Positions 13,001-25,954 of a DNA stretch of 64,000 bases are shown piece by piece. The number at the start of each line of letters is the position of its first letter. The first letter of the stretch is position 1. A program made the translations under genes and the position numbers. The stretch is from Phoronis australis (taxonomy: Eukaryota; Animalia; Phoronida), in NCBI GenBank assembly GCA_002633005.1, contig NMRA01000693.1, positions 1-64,000 of the forward strand. The letters are read 5' to 3'. The notes under the pieces are model-generated. The model was not told the DNA's origin. It made no database searches and saw nothing but the letters and a program-made list of their open reading frames with translations.

Positions 13001-16000
13001 TTCCATACTCATGAACCTTCGGGGTATCATGTTCAACCTTATTTATACTAATGCACTATGACCCGCATACAACGTTACCGTCATAATTTTAGTCTTCCGT
13101 TATGAACTTTCGCCTTCCATCCTTTTTCTTCCGTTTTGGCTATACTTGGGTCACAGTGCATCATAGTTGATGGTTATAGCGATTAATTATAGACAAAAAC
13201 GTGCATTTATAAAACTTATAAACAATCAAGAAATCAAACATTGATCGCATTCAGATATTAATTGAAAAGTCCGACTCCCAGCCACGGATGTAATCGATCA
13301 CCGCAACAATTGTTCAGTTCCATCTTGTTGTGGCAGCTACAAAGGGAATTCAGTCAAGACCATTCAGCATACACTCTGTGGCCTCGTATGTCATTTGGAT
13401 TCATTCATGCTGTTTTCTCGGTATATTAGAGCTTGTGTTAGTGTGTCAGTGCAATTTTTAGTCGGGATTAGAAAGAGCATTAGCGTCAAGGCGAGTGCAA
13501 AAGCAAAAAAAAATAACAAAGTCCGTGTAGTACAATCCAATGGTAATGGATTTGAAGGCGGTAATAGACTTTAAGGGCGGAAACATCTATCCATTTGATG
13601 TACATATGATACGCCACGACCCAAAGACTAAAACTTTAGTACAAACCACACTACAACTAAAACACAGCCAACACAATATATTTTAAAACGTCCTTGACAC
13701 CACACCGTTGTCACAGGCGTAGAACTGTAACTGCAAGTGTCAGGAACACCAAGTCATTATCAACAACGAAAGTTACACCCCTCTATTGCCCTTCGTGTCC
13801 TAAGCAGCATCACATCATACATGTCCTCATGGAAGAGGCAATTTCGAGGATTACCATTCCAACTCTGGTGCCATTTTGTGTTGAGGGTTCTGCTACATAT
13901 TTGGTTCGCTGCAAGTGGTAGCGTTGTCAGCGTCCTGCTAGTTCAGATCCTGCAATGTATGACCTAAAAAGCGTCTACGTTTCTCTAACTTTGAAAGTTT
14001 ATATCTCATATAAAGCAGTTCATGTTTATATAACAACACTATGACTTAAACACTGTTCAAAAATCTAATGAAATGATCATATTTTAAAATATCGACAGTG
14101 TTTCTGATATTAACTCTAAAGTAATTCCATAAAAAATCAATCTTGTTATTGATACCACTATTTTAATATTACTGTGCCTTACCCTTATGCTAAATTTTAG
14201 GATTTTGATAGATCTTAAACTTGAGCCAGGTATGAAACAGTGTACATGAATAAAAACAAATGCATCAATGAGTAGCGAACACTTTTCACTTCCTGACTTT
14301 TCCAAATCAAACAATTGTTCCTTCAAGTTATACGAGATTATAGGTGTACGCACATGAAATCGGAACACGAAACATCCAGGATCTTTGCAGATGCACTGCG
14401 CAAAACCTTCTGGGTCCAGTGTCATTCGTGTTTGTGGTCGTGCAACAAATTTGGAATAATATCACTGCTCATTTCGTCAGTCCCCGCATGTGAATTGTAC
14501 ACCAGTCAGGTGAAGTCCAGTTGTCCGTTAAATGGCAAAATCGCTAAAAATCTACAATAAGCTTAAAAGGAAAAAAGCTTCTATAAGTGATCAACCAATA
14601 TGACATTAAATGAAATCTACAAGTGAGAAAGTGTTTGAGTCGATGGTATGAAATCACACAAGTCCGAAAACCAATCAGTTCGCAAGCTAAAATTTCAGAC
14701 TTTCATGACACGCTGTTAAGAACAGTGACCTCGACCAAAGTGTTCGGATTTTAAATGCACGTGCCTGTTTGAAACTAGTTCTTCGAATAGACAGTTTATC
14801 TCAAAAGCATCCAACCAAAGTTTTGTAAATTTTTAGCTTAAGAATTTATTTACAATGTCAAATTTTGACATACAACCACTAAATTTTAGCTGCTCTGCTG
14901 TTAACGACTTTGTATCACGAATTTCACGCATCATAGATCGACGCACTAGTTTCGAAGTAAGTAGCTTTTCCCAATGTCTGATTTCTGAACGTTCGGACTT
15001 AAAGGCCTTTTTAAAACATTTTCATTGATTGCATATGTTGGTTTCATACTTGGGAACCTTCGGGGTATCATGCTCTATCCTATTTAGACTAATGCACTTT
15101 GACTCGCAAGCAACGTTACATTACCGTCTTTATTTTAGTTTTCCATTGCTAACTTTTGCCTTCCATAATTTTTCTTCCGTTCTGGTTATCCATGGCTCAC
15201 AGTATATCGTTGTTGCGTGGTTATAGCGTGTAAATAGACAAACAATTGAGAAATCAAATATTGTTTTAAATTAGCCACTAAGATATTAATTGAAAAGTCC
15301 GCGTCCGTACAACGTGTGTAATCGATCAATGGAACTACTGCTCAACTCCATCTGGTTGTGACATCTGCAAAGGATTTCAAATAGCACCATTCACAATACA
15401 TGGTGTGACCCTGGACATCATTTAGATTCATTTATGCTGTTTTCTTGGTATACTAGGGCTTATGTTAGTATGTTAGTGCAATTGTTAGTCAGGACTAGAA
15501 ACAGCATTAGGGTCAACGCGAATGCACTGCAATACAATTAACAAACCTGCTGTCCAATCCAATGGTAATAGATTTCATGGATGGAGAGATCTATCCATTT
15601 GAAATACATGTGGAACATCTGGACCAAAACACTAAACCTTGACTACAACCAACACTACAACCGAAATACAGCCATGCAATTGTTAAAATCTTTTACAACA
15701 AAATGGACACCACACAGTTGTCACAGGTGTAAAACTGCAACTACAAATGTCATTTACACGAAAATGATACGAATAATGATAGCTACACACCTCTAGTGTC
15801 CTTCGTGTATCGGGTACGCAGCATCTCATGACACACGCCCTCATGGAAGAAGCAATTTGCGGGATTTTTTACCTTTCTCAGTCTGGTGTCATTTTGCGTT
15901 GGTGGTTCTGCGACATATTCGGTTCGGTACCAGTGGTGGCCTGTTCAGCGTCCTGCTTAATCAGATTCTGTATAACAAAAAAGTGTCTAGTACATTTCTT

Positions 16001-16374
16001 TAAGGTTTATAGTTCAGAAATAGCACTTCAAGTTTATGAAAAACTTTCAAATACTGTGGAAAAAATGATCATCACAAAACGAAAATGAAATTGTCATATT
16101 TCAGAACATTAACAGTGTTTTTGAGATTAATTCACGAAATGAAATTCGATCTTGTTATTGATACCGTTGTAATACTATTAGTGTGCCTTTGTCGTTTGTT
16201 AAATTTTCCGTTTTTTTATTAATAGATTTTACCCTGGAACCTTTTATGAAACAGTGTACATGAATAAAGACAGATTTCCTCAATGAATGGGAGTAGATTT
16301 TTCACTTCGCTTTTCCAAATCAAAAAAGTTCGGTAAAATTATGAGGGCTCATAGATGTGCACACATGTACTTAA

Positions 16375-17702
16375 AGGAGAACGAAACCATTTTTCATGTC
16401 ACTTTTAGCAAAAATAAGGTTCTTTGATTATCCCAGACACATTTTTCACTTAATTACAGCTTTTCGTAATTTGATTAATTTCTCGTCCTCTACTCCGGGA
16501 GTGACGTTTTGGGAGGCAAGAGTTTCGCGCCAATTTATTTTCATTATAGTCTGACTGTGAGAGCTGTCGAATCAGTCATTGTTCTACCTCAGTTCTACCT
16601 CAGTTGTGATAAGTTCGATCGTCGTTTGCTTTTGTTTACAAGTCAGTCAACATGCCACGCTGTTGCTGCGTGCCGGGATGTACTCAATATCGTCTCACAC
16701 GCGCTTTGCCTGGGTACCTTAATTGCGTCGCTTTCCGAAAGAGTACACACTTCGTCGTACTTGGCTAGCTCGTTCATGTGAAAAACACAGCGCTACCCGT
16801 CCACGCAACCTACAAAGCAGTGGAGGGTTACCGAGTGTGTAGCAAGCATTTTCTTCCGTCAGATTACGACAGAGATATGTACGCTGAATTGATGAAGGTC
16901 CCTGCGAAACAACGCCTGAAGAAGGGTACCATACAGTCGCTGTTGATTCCCGGCAGTGCCCCGTCACCAACCCCGAGAAGTGCGTTTTTGAAGCGAGAAG
17001 CCTCGCGAGCTGTGGCCACTAAAACAGTGACTCGAGGCACTTCATCTACTGTCACTCGTGCCTCCGAACGTACCCCATTCGTGCAATTCCGGGAACTAGC
17101 AGTGATTCGCCCTGTGCTGTTGTCTCTAGCCCAGAGCCTGTAAGCAGCCCTGCAGCGATGTTGAGTAGTGGGAGTGAATACAGGCCCAGTTCGACACCCA
17201 GTGAAGAGGACAGTTCGTCATCCAATGAACAGATCGGTGAGCCTAAGTTTGATAAGTTTATTGTGGACTTGTATTGGAGCTATTTAGAAGGTGCCAGGTG
17301 TGTGGCGAGGGGGGCACACGGCGGGATGTAAGCAGTTTGGGTGCTCAGATCACCCTCCAGTGGGAGTGAGTCGCGGGACACTCGGGCAAGTGGGACAGTT
17401 CTTCCTCTGTAAGTGAGACGATAATGAGTACACCCCAGTACGCAGCAACAACGTGGTATGTTGACTGACTCGTAAGCAAAAGCAAACGACGACCGAACTT
17501 ATCACAACTCGACTGCTCTCATAGTCAGACTATAGGAAAAGAAATTGGCGCGAAATTCTTGCCTCTCAAAACGTCACTTCCGGAGTAGACGACGAGTAAT
17601 TAATTAAATTACGAAAAGCAGTAAATAAGTGAAAAATATGTCTGGGATAATCAACGAACCTTATTTTTGCTAAAAATGACATGAAAAAGGCTGCCTTCGC
17701 CT
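16375..17702 (+). mobile_element. Non-autonomous Kolobok-type DNA transposon with a THAP-domain remnant
   Basis: TTAA TSDs at 16371-16374 and 17703-17706, AGG...CCT termini and ~300-bp imperfect TIRs. From ATG 16652 it reads MPRCCCVPGC...RFPKE...RRTWL...RVCSKHF...RLKKGTI (THAP), then ELFRRCQVCG...GHSGKWDSS. The host unit is continuous across the insertion. Confidence 0.88.
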
Positions 17703-20700
17703 TTAAAACCGGAAAGCTACAAGATGTTTACTGATGAAATGCACTATACCTTCTGGGTCTGGTGTCGTTCGTGTTAGTGGCCAAGCGACAACTTTGTTTT
17801 ACTGTCACTGCTCCCTACGTCAGTTCCTGCATGTGAACGGCATACTATAATCAGCTGAATTCCACTTTTTCGACAAACGGCTAAGTCGCTAACAGTCTAC
17901 AATAATTTTATAGGTAAATATACTCCCTAGAATTGATAAACCAATATGACCTGAATTGAAATCTACAAACGACCAGTCTTTGGGCCGATGGCACTAAATC
18001 ATTGAATTCCTCGGTCTGGATTTTAGCTAGAGCAAAAATCCTTAACCCTAACATCCTTACAAGTCTGAAGGTCAAGCAGTTCGAAAGGCTGAAGTTCAAA
18101 TTTTCATGACACACAGATATAAAAATTGACGTCGACCATTATATTCGTATTTGAATTGCACGTGCCTGTTTGAAACTACTTTTTCGAAGAGACAATAGCT
18201 TTCAAACAGATCCAAACAGAGTTCGGCTACGTTTACTGAGCTGCCGCATTTATTTACATTTTAAAATTTGGTTTACAACCACTAAGCCTTTGATAATCCG
18301 CAGTCGTCGATTTTGCATCACAAGTTAAATAATTCATATATCTTCGCACTGCTTTCAAACTAACAAGATTTTCTCTCATTGTGAACAAAAAATTAAAAAC
18401 ATTTTCATCTGTCGCATATGTTGCCTTCAGACTCGTGAACTTTCACAGTATACAGCTCTATCCTATTTATACTATTGCACTATGAACGCAAAGAACGTTT
18501 GACTACCTTCTTTATTTTAGTCATTCGTTGTTAACTTTCATCGCCATCTTTCTGCTTCCGTTTCGGTTATCCATGGGTCATAGCGTACCGTTCTTACGTG
18601 TTTACAGCGGGTTAACAAACAAGAACATGCATTAATAAAATTTACAAACAATCGAAAAACCAACTATTGTTTTAATATTTCTACTCAGATGTTAATTGAA
18701 AAGTCCATGTCCCTGCCACGTCTGCAATCGATCACTCTAACTACTGTTCAGCTCCATCCGGCCGTGGTATCGTATCTGCAAAGCGATTCAAATAACACCA
18801 TTCAGCATGCATTTAGTGACCTTGAACATCATTTGGATTCATTCATGCTGTTTTCTCGGTATATTAGAGTTTGTGTTACAATGTTAGTGAAATTGTTAGT
18901 CGAGATTAGAAAGAGCATTAGCTTCAACTCAAATGCATCAGCAAGACAAGTAACAAACATGTTGTCCAATCGAATTGTAATAGATTTCAAGGATGGAGAG
19001 ATCTATCCATTTGAAGTAAAGATGCAACTTGACGACCTAAACACTAATTCTTGACTACAAACTGCACTACAACTGTAAAAGAGCAAACACTTAAAATCTT
19101 TTACAACAACCTTGACACCAAGCAATTGTCCCTGGTGTAGAACTCTAACTGCAAGTGTCAGCCACAACAAACCGTTATCAATAACGAAAGTTACAAACAT
19201 CTTCGTGTATCGTTTAAGACGATATCTCATCGCACAAGCCCTCATAGAAGAGACAATTTCCTGGAGTGTTTTACCTTTCTGACTCGGGTGCCATTTTGTG
19301 TTGTTTGTTCAGGAACAACTGGTTTTACTGCCAGTGGTGGCGTGCTTGTTCAGATGCTGTATGAACCTTGAAAAGGCGTCTACATTTCTCTAACGTTAAG
19401 GGTTCATATTTATGCAATACTTTCAAATAATATGATTTAAACAGAGTTCACAAAATGAAAATGAAATGCTTATATTTCTTAACATTAACAGTGTTTCTGA
19501 GATTGATTCCGCAATACTTTCATCAAATTAAATTTGGTCTTGTTACTGATAATGTTGTTTTANNNNNNNNNNNNNNNNNNNNNNAAGTTCAAATTTTCAT
19601 GACACACAGATATGAAAATTGACGTCGACCATTATATTCGTATTTGAATTGCACGTGCCTGTTTGAAACTACTTTTTCGAAGAGACAATAGCTTTCAAAC
19701 AGATCCAAACAGAGTTCGGCTACGTTTACTGAGCTGCCGCATTTATTTACATTTTAAAATTTGGTTTACAACCACTAAGCCTTTGATAATCCGCAGTCGT
19801 CGATTTTGCATTACAAGTTAAATAATTCATATATCTTCGCACTGCTTTCAAACTAACAAGATTTTCTCTCATTGTGATTTCTGAACATGCGGATTTAAAG
19901 GCTTTTTAAAAACATTTTCATCTGTCGCATATGTTGCCTTCAGACTCGTGAACTTTCACAGTATACAGCTCTATCCTATTTATACTATTGCACTATGAAC
20001 GCAAAGAACGTTTGACTACCTTCTTTATTTTAGTCATTCGTTGTTAACTTTCATCGCCATCTTTCTGCTTCCGTTTCGGTTATCCATGGGTCATAGCGTA
20101 CCGTTCTTACGTGTTTACAGCGGGTTAACAAACAAGAACGTGCATTAATAAAATTTACAAACAATCGAAAAACCAACTATTGTTTTAATATTTCTACTCT
20201 TATGTTAATTGAAAAGTCCATGTCCCTGCCACGTCTGCAATCGATCACTCTAACTACTGTTCAGCTCCATCCAGCCGTGGTATCGTATCTGCAAAGCGAT
20301 TCAAGTAACACCATTCAGCACGCATTTAGTGACCTTGAACATCATTTGGATTCATTCATGCTGTTTTCTCGGTATATTAGAGTTTGTGTTACTATGTTAG
20401 TGAAATTGTTAGTCGAGATTGGAAAGAGCATTAACTCAAATGCATCAGCAAGACAAGTAACAAACATGTTGTCCAATCGAATTGTAATAGATTTCAAGGA
20501 TGGAGAGATCTATCTATTTGAAGTATAGATGCAACTTGACGACCTAAACACTAATTTTTGACTACAAACTGCACTACAACTGTAAAAGAGCCAACACTTA
20601 AAATCTTTTACAACAACCTTGACACCAAGCAATTGTCCCTGGTGTAGAACTCTAACTGCAAGTGTCAGCCACAACAAACCGTTATCAATAACGAAAGTTA

Positions 20701-23700
20701 CAAACATCTTCGTGTATCGTTTAAGACGACATCTCATCGCACAAGCCCTCATAGAAGAGACAATTTCCTGGATTGTTTTACCTTTCTGACTCGGGTGCCA
20801 TTTTGTGTTGTTTGTTCAGGAACAACTGGTTTGCTGCCAGTGGTGGCGTGCTTGTTCAGATGCTGTATGAACCTTGAAAAGGCGTCTACATTTCTCTAAC
20901 GTTAAGGGTTCATATTTATGCAATACTTTCAAATAATATGATTTAAACAGAGTTCACAAAATGAAAATGAAATGCTTATATTTCATAACATTAACAGTGT
21001 TTCTGAGATTGATTCTGCAATACTTTCATCAAATTAAATTTGGTCTTGTTACTGATAATGTTGTTTTACTTTTGATTGATGTGCTATTGCTTTTTGTTAA
21101 ATTTTACGGTTTTTGAGAGATTGTGCCCTGAAACCAGGTATTAAACAGTGTGTATGAAAAATACAGATGCCTGAATGAATGGATAGTAGCTTTTTTACTC
21201 CGCTTTTCCAAATCAAACAAATGTTTGGTCAAATTATGATGGCTCACAGGAGTACAAACATGTAGTGAATACCGGAAAAGTTCAGGAGATTTACAGCTGA
21301 ACTGAGCCATGTCTTTTGGGTCTGGTGTCATTCGTATTAGTGGTCCCTCGACGCCTTTGGTAAACTGTCACTTCCCACTGCGTCAGTTCCCTCATGTGAA
21401 AGGTATACTAGTCAGCTGAATTCCAGTTGTTCGACAAATGGCCAAGTCGCTAAAAATCTAAAATCAAGTTAAAAGAGAATCAGCCTAAAGGACTGAGAAA
21501 CCAATATGACCTGAGCTGAAATCTACAAGTAGAAGTGTTTGGTCCGATGGCATGAAATCAGGGTATTCCTCGGTCTAAATATTAGCTAAAGCAAAAGTCG
21601 GTAAATCCGAGAATCCACAAAAGTCCGAAAGTCTATGACTTTGAAAGCTGAAAGTTCAAGCTCTCATGACACGCGGTTCTGAACATTGAACTTTTCAAAA
21701 TAACCATAGTTTGCATGTACATGCCTGTTTTATACTAATTCTTCGAATAGACACTGCTTCTCAAAACGATCCAAACAATGTTTGGCAATATTTTGTCGAG
21801 CTTTTGCTTTTCTTTACATTTTCAAATTTTGGTTAACAATCACTAAAACTTTGCTGCTCTGGTGTCACTGACTTTGTTTCACAACTTTCACGCATCATAG
21901 ATCGACGCACTGGTTTAGAAGTCTGATTTCTGAACCTTCGGATTGAAAGGTCTTTTTAAAACATTTTCGTTTGTTGTATAATTGGGTTTTATACTTGTGA
22001 ACCTTCGTGGTATCATGCTCTATCCTATTTATACATATATACTTCACCCGCAAGCAACGTAACATTACCGTCTTAATTTTAGTCTTTCATTTATAACTCC
22101 TGCCTTCCATCCTTCTTCCGTTTTGGTTTTCCATGGCTCACAGGGTATCGTTGTTGCGTGGTTATAGCGTGTAAATATACAAGAACTTGCACTGATAAGA
22201 TTTGCAAACAATCGAGAAATCAAATATTGTTTTAAATTTGCCACTCAGATATTAATTGAAAAGCCCGTGTCCCTGCAACGGGTGTAATCGATCACTGGAA
22301 CTACTGCTCAACTCTATTTGGTAGTGGCACCTGCAGAAGAATTCAAATAACACTATTCACAATACATTGTGNAGCAAAAGTCGGTAAATCCGAGAATCCA
22401 CAAAAGTCCGAAAGTCTATGACTTTGAAAGCTAAAAGTTCAAGCTCTCATGACACGCGGTTCTGAACATTGAACTTTTCAAAATAACCATAGTTTGCATG
22501 TACATGCCTGTTTTATACTAATTCTTCGAATAGACACTGCTTCTCAAAACGATCCAAACAATGTTTGGCAATTTTTTGCCGAGCTTTTGCTTTTATTTAC
22601 ACTTTCAAATTTTGGTTAACAATCACTAAAACTTTGCTGCTCTGGTGTCACTGACTTTGTACCACAACTTTCACGCATCATAGATATTCGCACTGGTTTA
22701 GAAGTCTGATTTCTGAACCTTCGGATTGAAAGGTCTTTTTAAAACATTTTCGTTTGTTGTATAATTGGGTTTTATACTTGTGAACCTTCCTGGTATCATG
22801 CTCTATCCTATTTATACATATATACTTCACCCGCAAGCAACGTAACATTACCGTCTTAATTTTAGTCTTTCATTTATAACTCCTGCCTTCCATCCTTCTT
22901 CCGTTTTGGTTTTCCATGGCTCACAGGGTATCGTTGTTGCGTGGTTATAGCGTGTAAATATACACGAACTTGCACTGATAAGATTTGCAAACAATCGAGA
23001 AATCAAATATTGTTTTAAATTTGCCACTCAGATATTAATTGAAAAGCCCGTGTCCCTGCAACGGGTGTAATCGATCACTGGAACTACTGCTCAACTCTAT
23101 TTGGTAGTGGCACCTGCAGAAGAATTCAAATAACACTATTCACAATACATTGTGTGACCCTGAACGTCATTTGCATTCATTCATGATATTTTCTCGGCGT
23201 CTTAGAAGTTGTGTTAGTTTGTTAGTGCAATTGTTAGTCAGGATTAGAAAGAGCATCAGCGCCAACGCGAATGCACCTGCAATACAAGTAACATACCTGT
23301 TATCCAATCCAATTGTAATAGATTTCAAGGATGGAGAAATCTATCCATCTGATTAATTGAAATGTCCGTGTCCCTGTCACGGCTGTAATCGATCACTGGA
23401 ACCACTGCTCAGCTCCCTCTGGTTGTGGCGTTTGCAGAGAAATTCAAATAACACCATTCAGCATGTATTTTGCTACGTTACCTTGAATGTCGTTTGGATT
23501 CATTTGTGAGCGCACAAAAATCCATCGAAAGTTATAAGTTTGAACTTTCATGACACGAGGTTCTGAACAATGAGTGATTTTGAGCAAAACCATGATTGAT
23601 TTGCACACGTGTGTTTGAACCCAGTTCTGTGAAGAGCCTGCACATCTCAAAAGGATCCAAATAAAATTGGGCAAGGTGCACTGAGCTGGAGCATTTATTT

Positions 23701-24079
23701 ACATTTTCAAATTATGGTTTATCAACACCAATTTTTTGTTGAATTATTGACCGAACTTGTGAACCTTCAGTGTATCAAGCTGTACCCTCTTTATACTGAT
23801 GTAGTATGACACGAAAGCAATGACGTCAGATTATCTTCCAAAGTTTTGTAATCCATCCTTTTTCTTCGGTTTTGGTTATCCATGGGTAGCAGCGTGTAGT
23901 TGGTGTATGGATACGGGGTAATGCGTGTAAGTAGAGAAAATGCACACTAATAAAATTTAAAAACAACCCACAAATCAACTATCATTTTCAGTTGATCACT
24001 CGGAGATTAATTGAAAATCTTTGTCCCTGCCACGGTAGTAATCGACCACACGAACCATTGCTCTTTGCTCCACCTGTTG

Positions 24080-24692
24080 GGAGTCATTTCGTTGAGCCAC
24101 CTCACCCCACCTGGTTCTATATGTCCTGGGTTTTATGTTTCCCGTTTCATGCATATCGGGATTCTTTGTGTCCCCTGCCTCCGTGCGTCCCAGTGCGGTA
24201 GTTGTGATTGTCCCCCTGCAGAAAATGCCCTGGTTACATGTATTTGAATGCCGGCATATGGGCACGTTATTCAGTGGATACCCGGATGCTTCATTCAAAT
24301 ACACGCAAGCCAGACAATTTCTCCAGGGCCACAACAGTTACTCGCCAAATGCAGGCAAATTTTCAAGACCCAGCTTGCATTCGAAAATTCAAGGGTTATT
24401 GCTTGATCAGACAATTAAAACGACCAGGGTCAGACAAGGAGGATGCACCAAAACAACACACTACTTTATTACTTGTCGAACATTTTTACCCTATAGCAAT
24501 TGTCATGTGAGCCTAAAATGGCGATTATTGCTAAAACTTGTACATCCGTCCGCTTAGCACCTGTATTATAATGCAAAAGACCAGGGCACTTAGGACACGG
24601 GACGTATAATTCTAACCCGCAACACATAGAACCCAAAGTCCATAAAACGGGAACCATAAAACCCGGGACACATTGAACCCGGGACGCAACGT
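24080..24692. mobile_element. MITE-like insertion with inverted subterminal repeats inside an array unit
   Basis: GGTTCTATATGTCCTGGGTTTTATGTTTCCCGTTTCATG (~24113) is inverted relative to CATAAAACGGGAACCATAAAACCCGGGACACATTGAACC (~24641). Host sequence GCTCCACCTGTTG / GCTCCCATCTGTTG lies on both sides. Confidence 0.6.
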
Positions 24693-25954
24693 CGCTCCCA
24701 TCTGTTGTGACATTTACAGAGGAATTCATTTAATACCATTCCCCATGCAGTTTGTGACTTTGACCGTCATTTTTGTTTCATTCTTTCATAATATGTTAGG
24801 GCTCCGGTTAGTATGTCAGTACAGTTTAGTCGGGGTTAGAAAGAGCGTATAAGTAAACTCGGATGTATCAGCAATTCAAGTGACAAACGTCTTGTGCAAG
24901 CGAATGGTAATACATTTGATAGATCGAAAGATTTGACCATTTTTAAATAAAGAGTTTGGGTCGTTATGACGCACATTTATTTAAAAAATAAATGTGCATC
25001 ATCACGACCAGCACACTAATACATGAGTACAACACAGCGTTGGCCTACCATTAAAATGCAGCCAACACTTAAAAATATATTACAACGACCTGCACACCAA
25101 ACAATTGTCACAGGTGGAAAACTGTAACAGCAATTATCAGCCAGATCAAAATGTGATTAATAACGGAATTTACGCACCTGTGTCGTCCTTGATGTATCGG
25201 GTAAGACACTACCTCATCTATGCGCGCTCTCAAAGGAATGGCCGTCCAACTCAAGGAAAATTCAATCGGTCATTCCATTACTTCTCGGAAGGGGTTATTG
25301 CACTTTCCAATAAACCACAAGCACTTCGGTAGATACCGTTGTAGCAGTAATTTTAAGTAAATCTGAAATAATTACGAAGTTACAACTGGTAAAGAAGAAA
25401 ACTTGCGAATTCAACCGAGCCATCGAAGTGCAACAAGCTGCAACCACGTTGTTACACAATCCAAATCAATAAACCCGCCTTTAGAGGAACTGAATACCGA
25501 AAGGGTGTTCACAATGGAAAATCGTGCCGCATGTGATCCTGTAGTAAAGAGATCGGAGAATGGTTACTTTCAAAAACTAAACCGCATGGGGGCTACGACG
25601 AAGTCACTCAGATACAAGTTGTTCACTGATCATTCTTGATTCGTGACCAGATTTACCTTAGGGCTCGTGATCCCTCAAACAATTGACTGATAGACTGGCG
25701 TTTTTGTTGCAAGTCCGCCAACTTTCAACATAATTTCGTTTGATTTATTACAATTCATATTGCTATATTTTCTCGCCACGAGACAGTTATTGAACTCTAC
25801 CTCTGTCTGGCGAGATGGTGAAATTCAGTATGGCACGGCTATTTCGAAAATCAGCTATTCACGTATTTGTAGCAATTGCAAAATTTCTATTTTTCAATAT
25901 CATGTAACGTATTCATAGATTTTCTCGATATTACGAAATCACTTGTTGGTAACA

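Larger units (their letters stand above)
1..25230. repeat. Diverged head-to-tail tandem array of a ~2.05-kb unit (macrosatellite-like or tandem pseudogene array), about 10 full and partial copies
   Basis: The landmark ATTAATTGAAAAGTCC (variants) recurs at ~372, 8921, 11169, 13257, 15285, 18691, 20204, 22251, 23034, 23352 and 24006. Uninterrupted spacings are 2088, 2028 and 2047 bp. Other motifs (GGATTCATTCATGCTG, TCTGGTGTCATTCGTGTTAGTGG, CCAATATGACCTGA, GTGAACCTTCGG) recur in the same order. Copies are roughly 70-85% identical by eye. Confidence 0.95.

Noticed and set aside
17731-17770. Hammerhead ribozyme or conserved hairpin in the array unit (CTGATGA plus stem)
   Set aside because: CTGATGA is not conserved in other copies, there is no correctly placed GAAA, and pairing is lost in several units.
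8921-23350. Array as currently functional genes, or conserved TGA codons read as Sec/Trp
   Set aside because: Every copy has frameshifts and stops of all three types, substitutions show no obvious third-position bias, and no SECIS was seen.
23992-24557. Cluster of overlapping 70-140 aa ORFs
   Set aside because: They arise from the GC-richer repetitive MITE insertion and carry no protein motifs.
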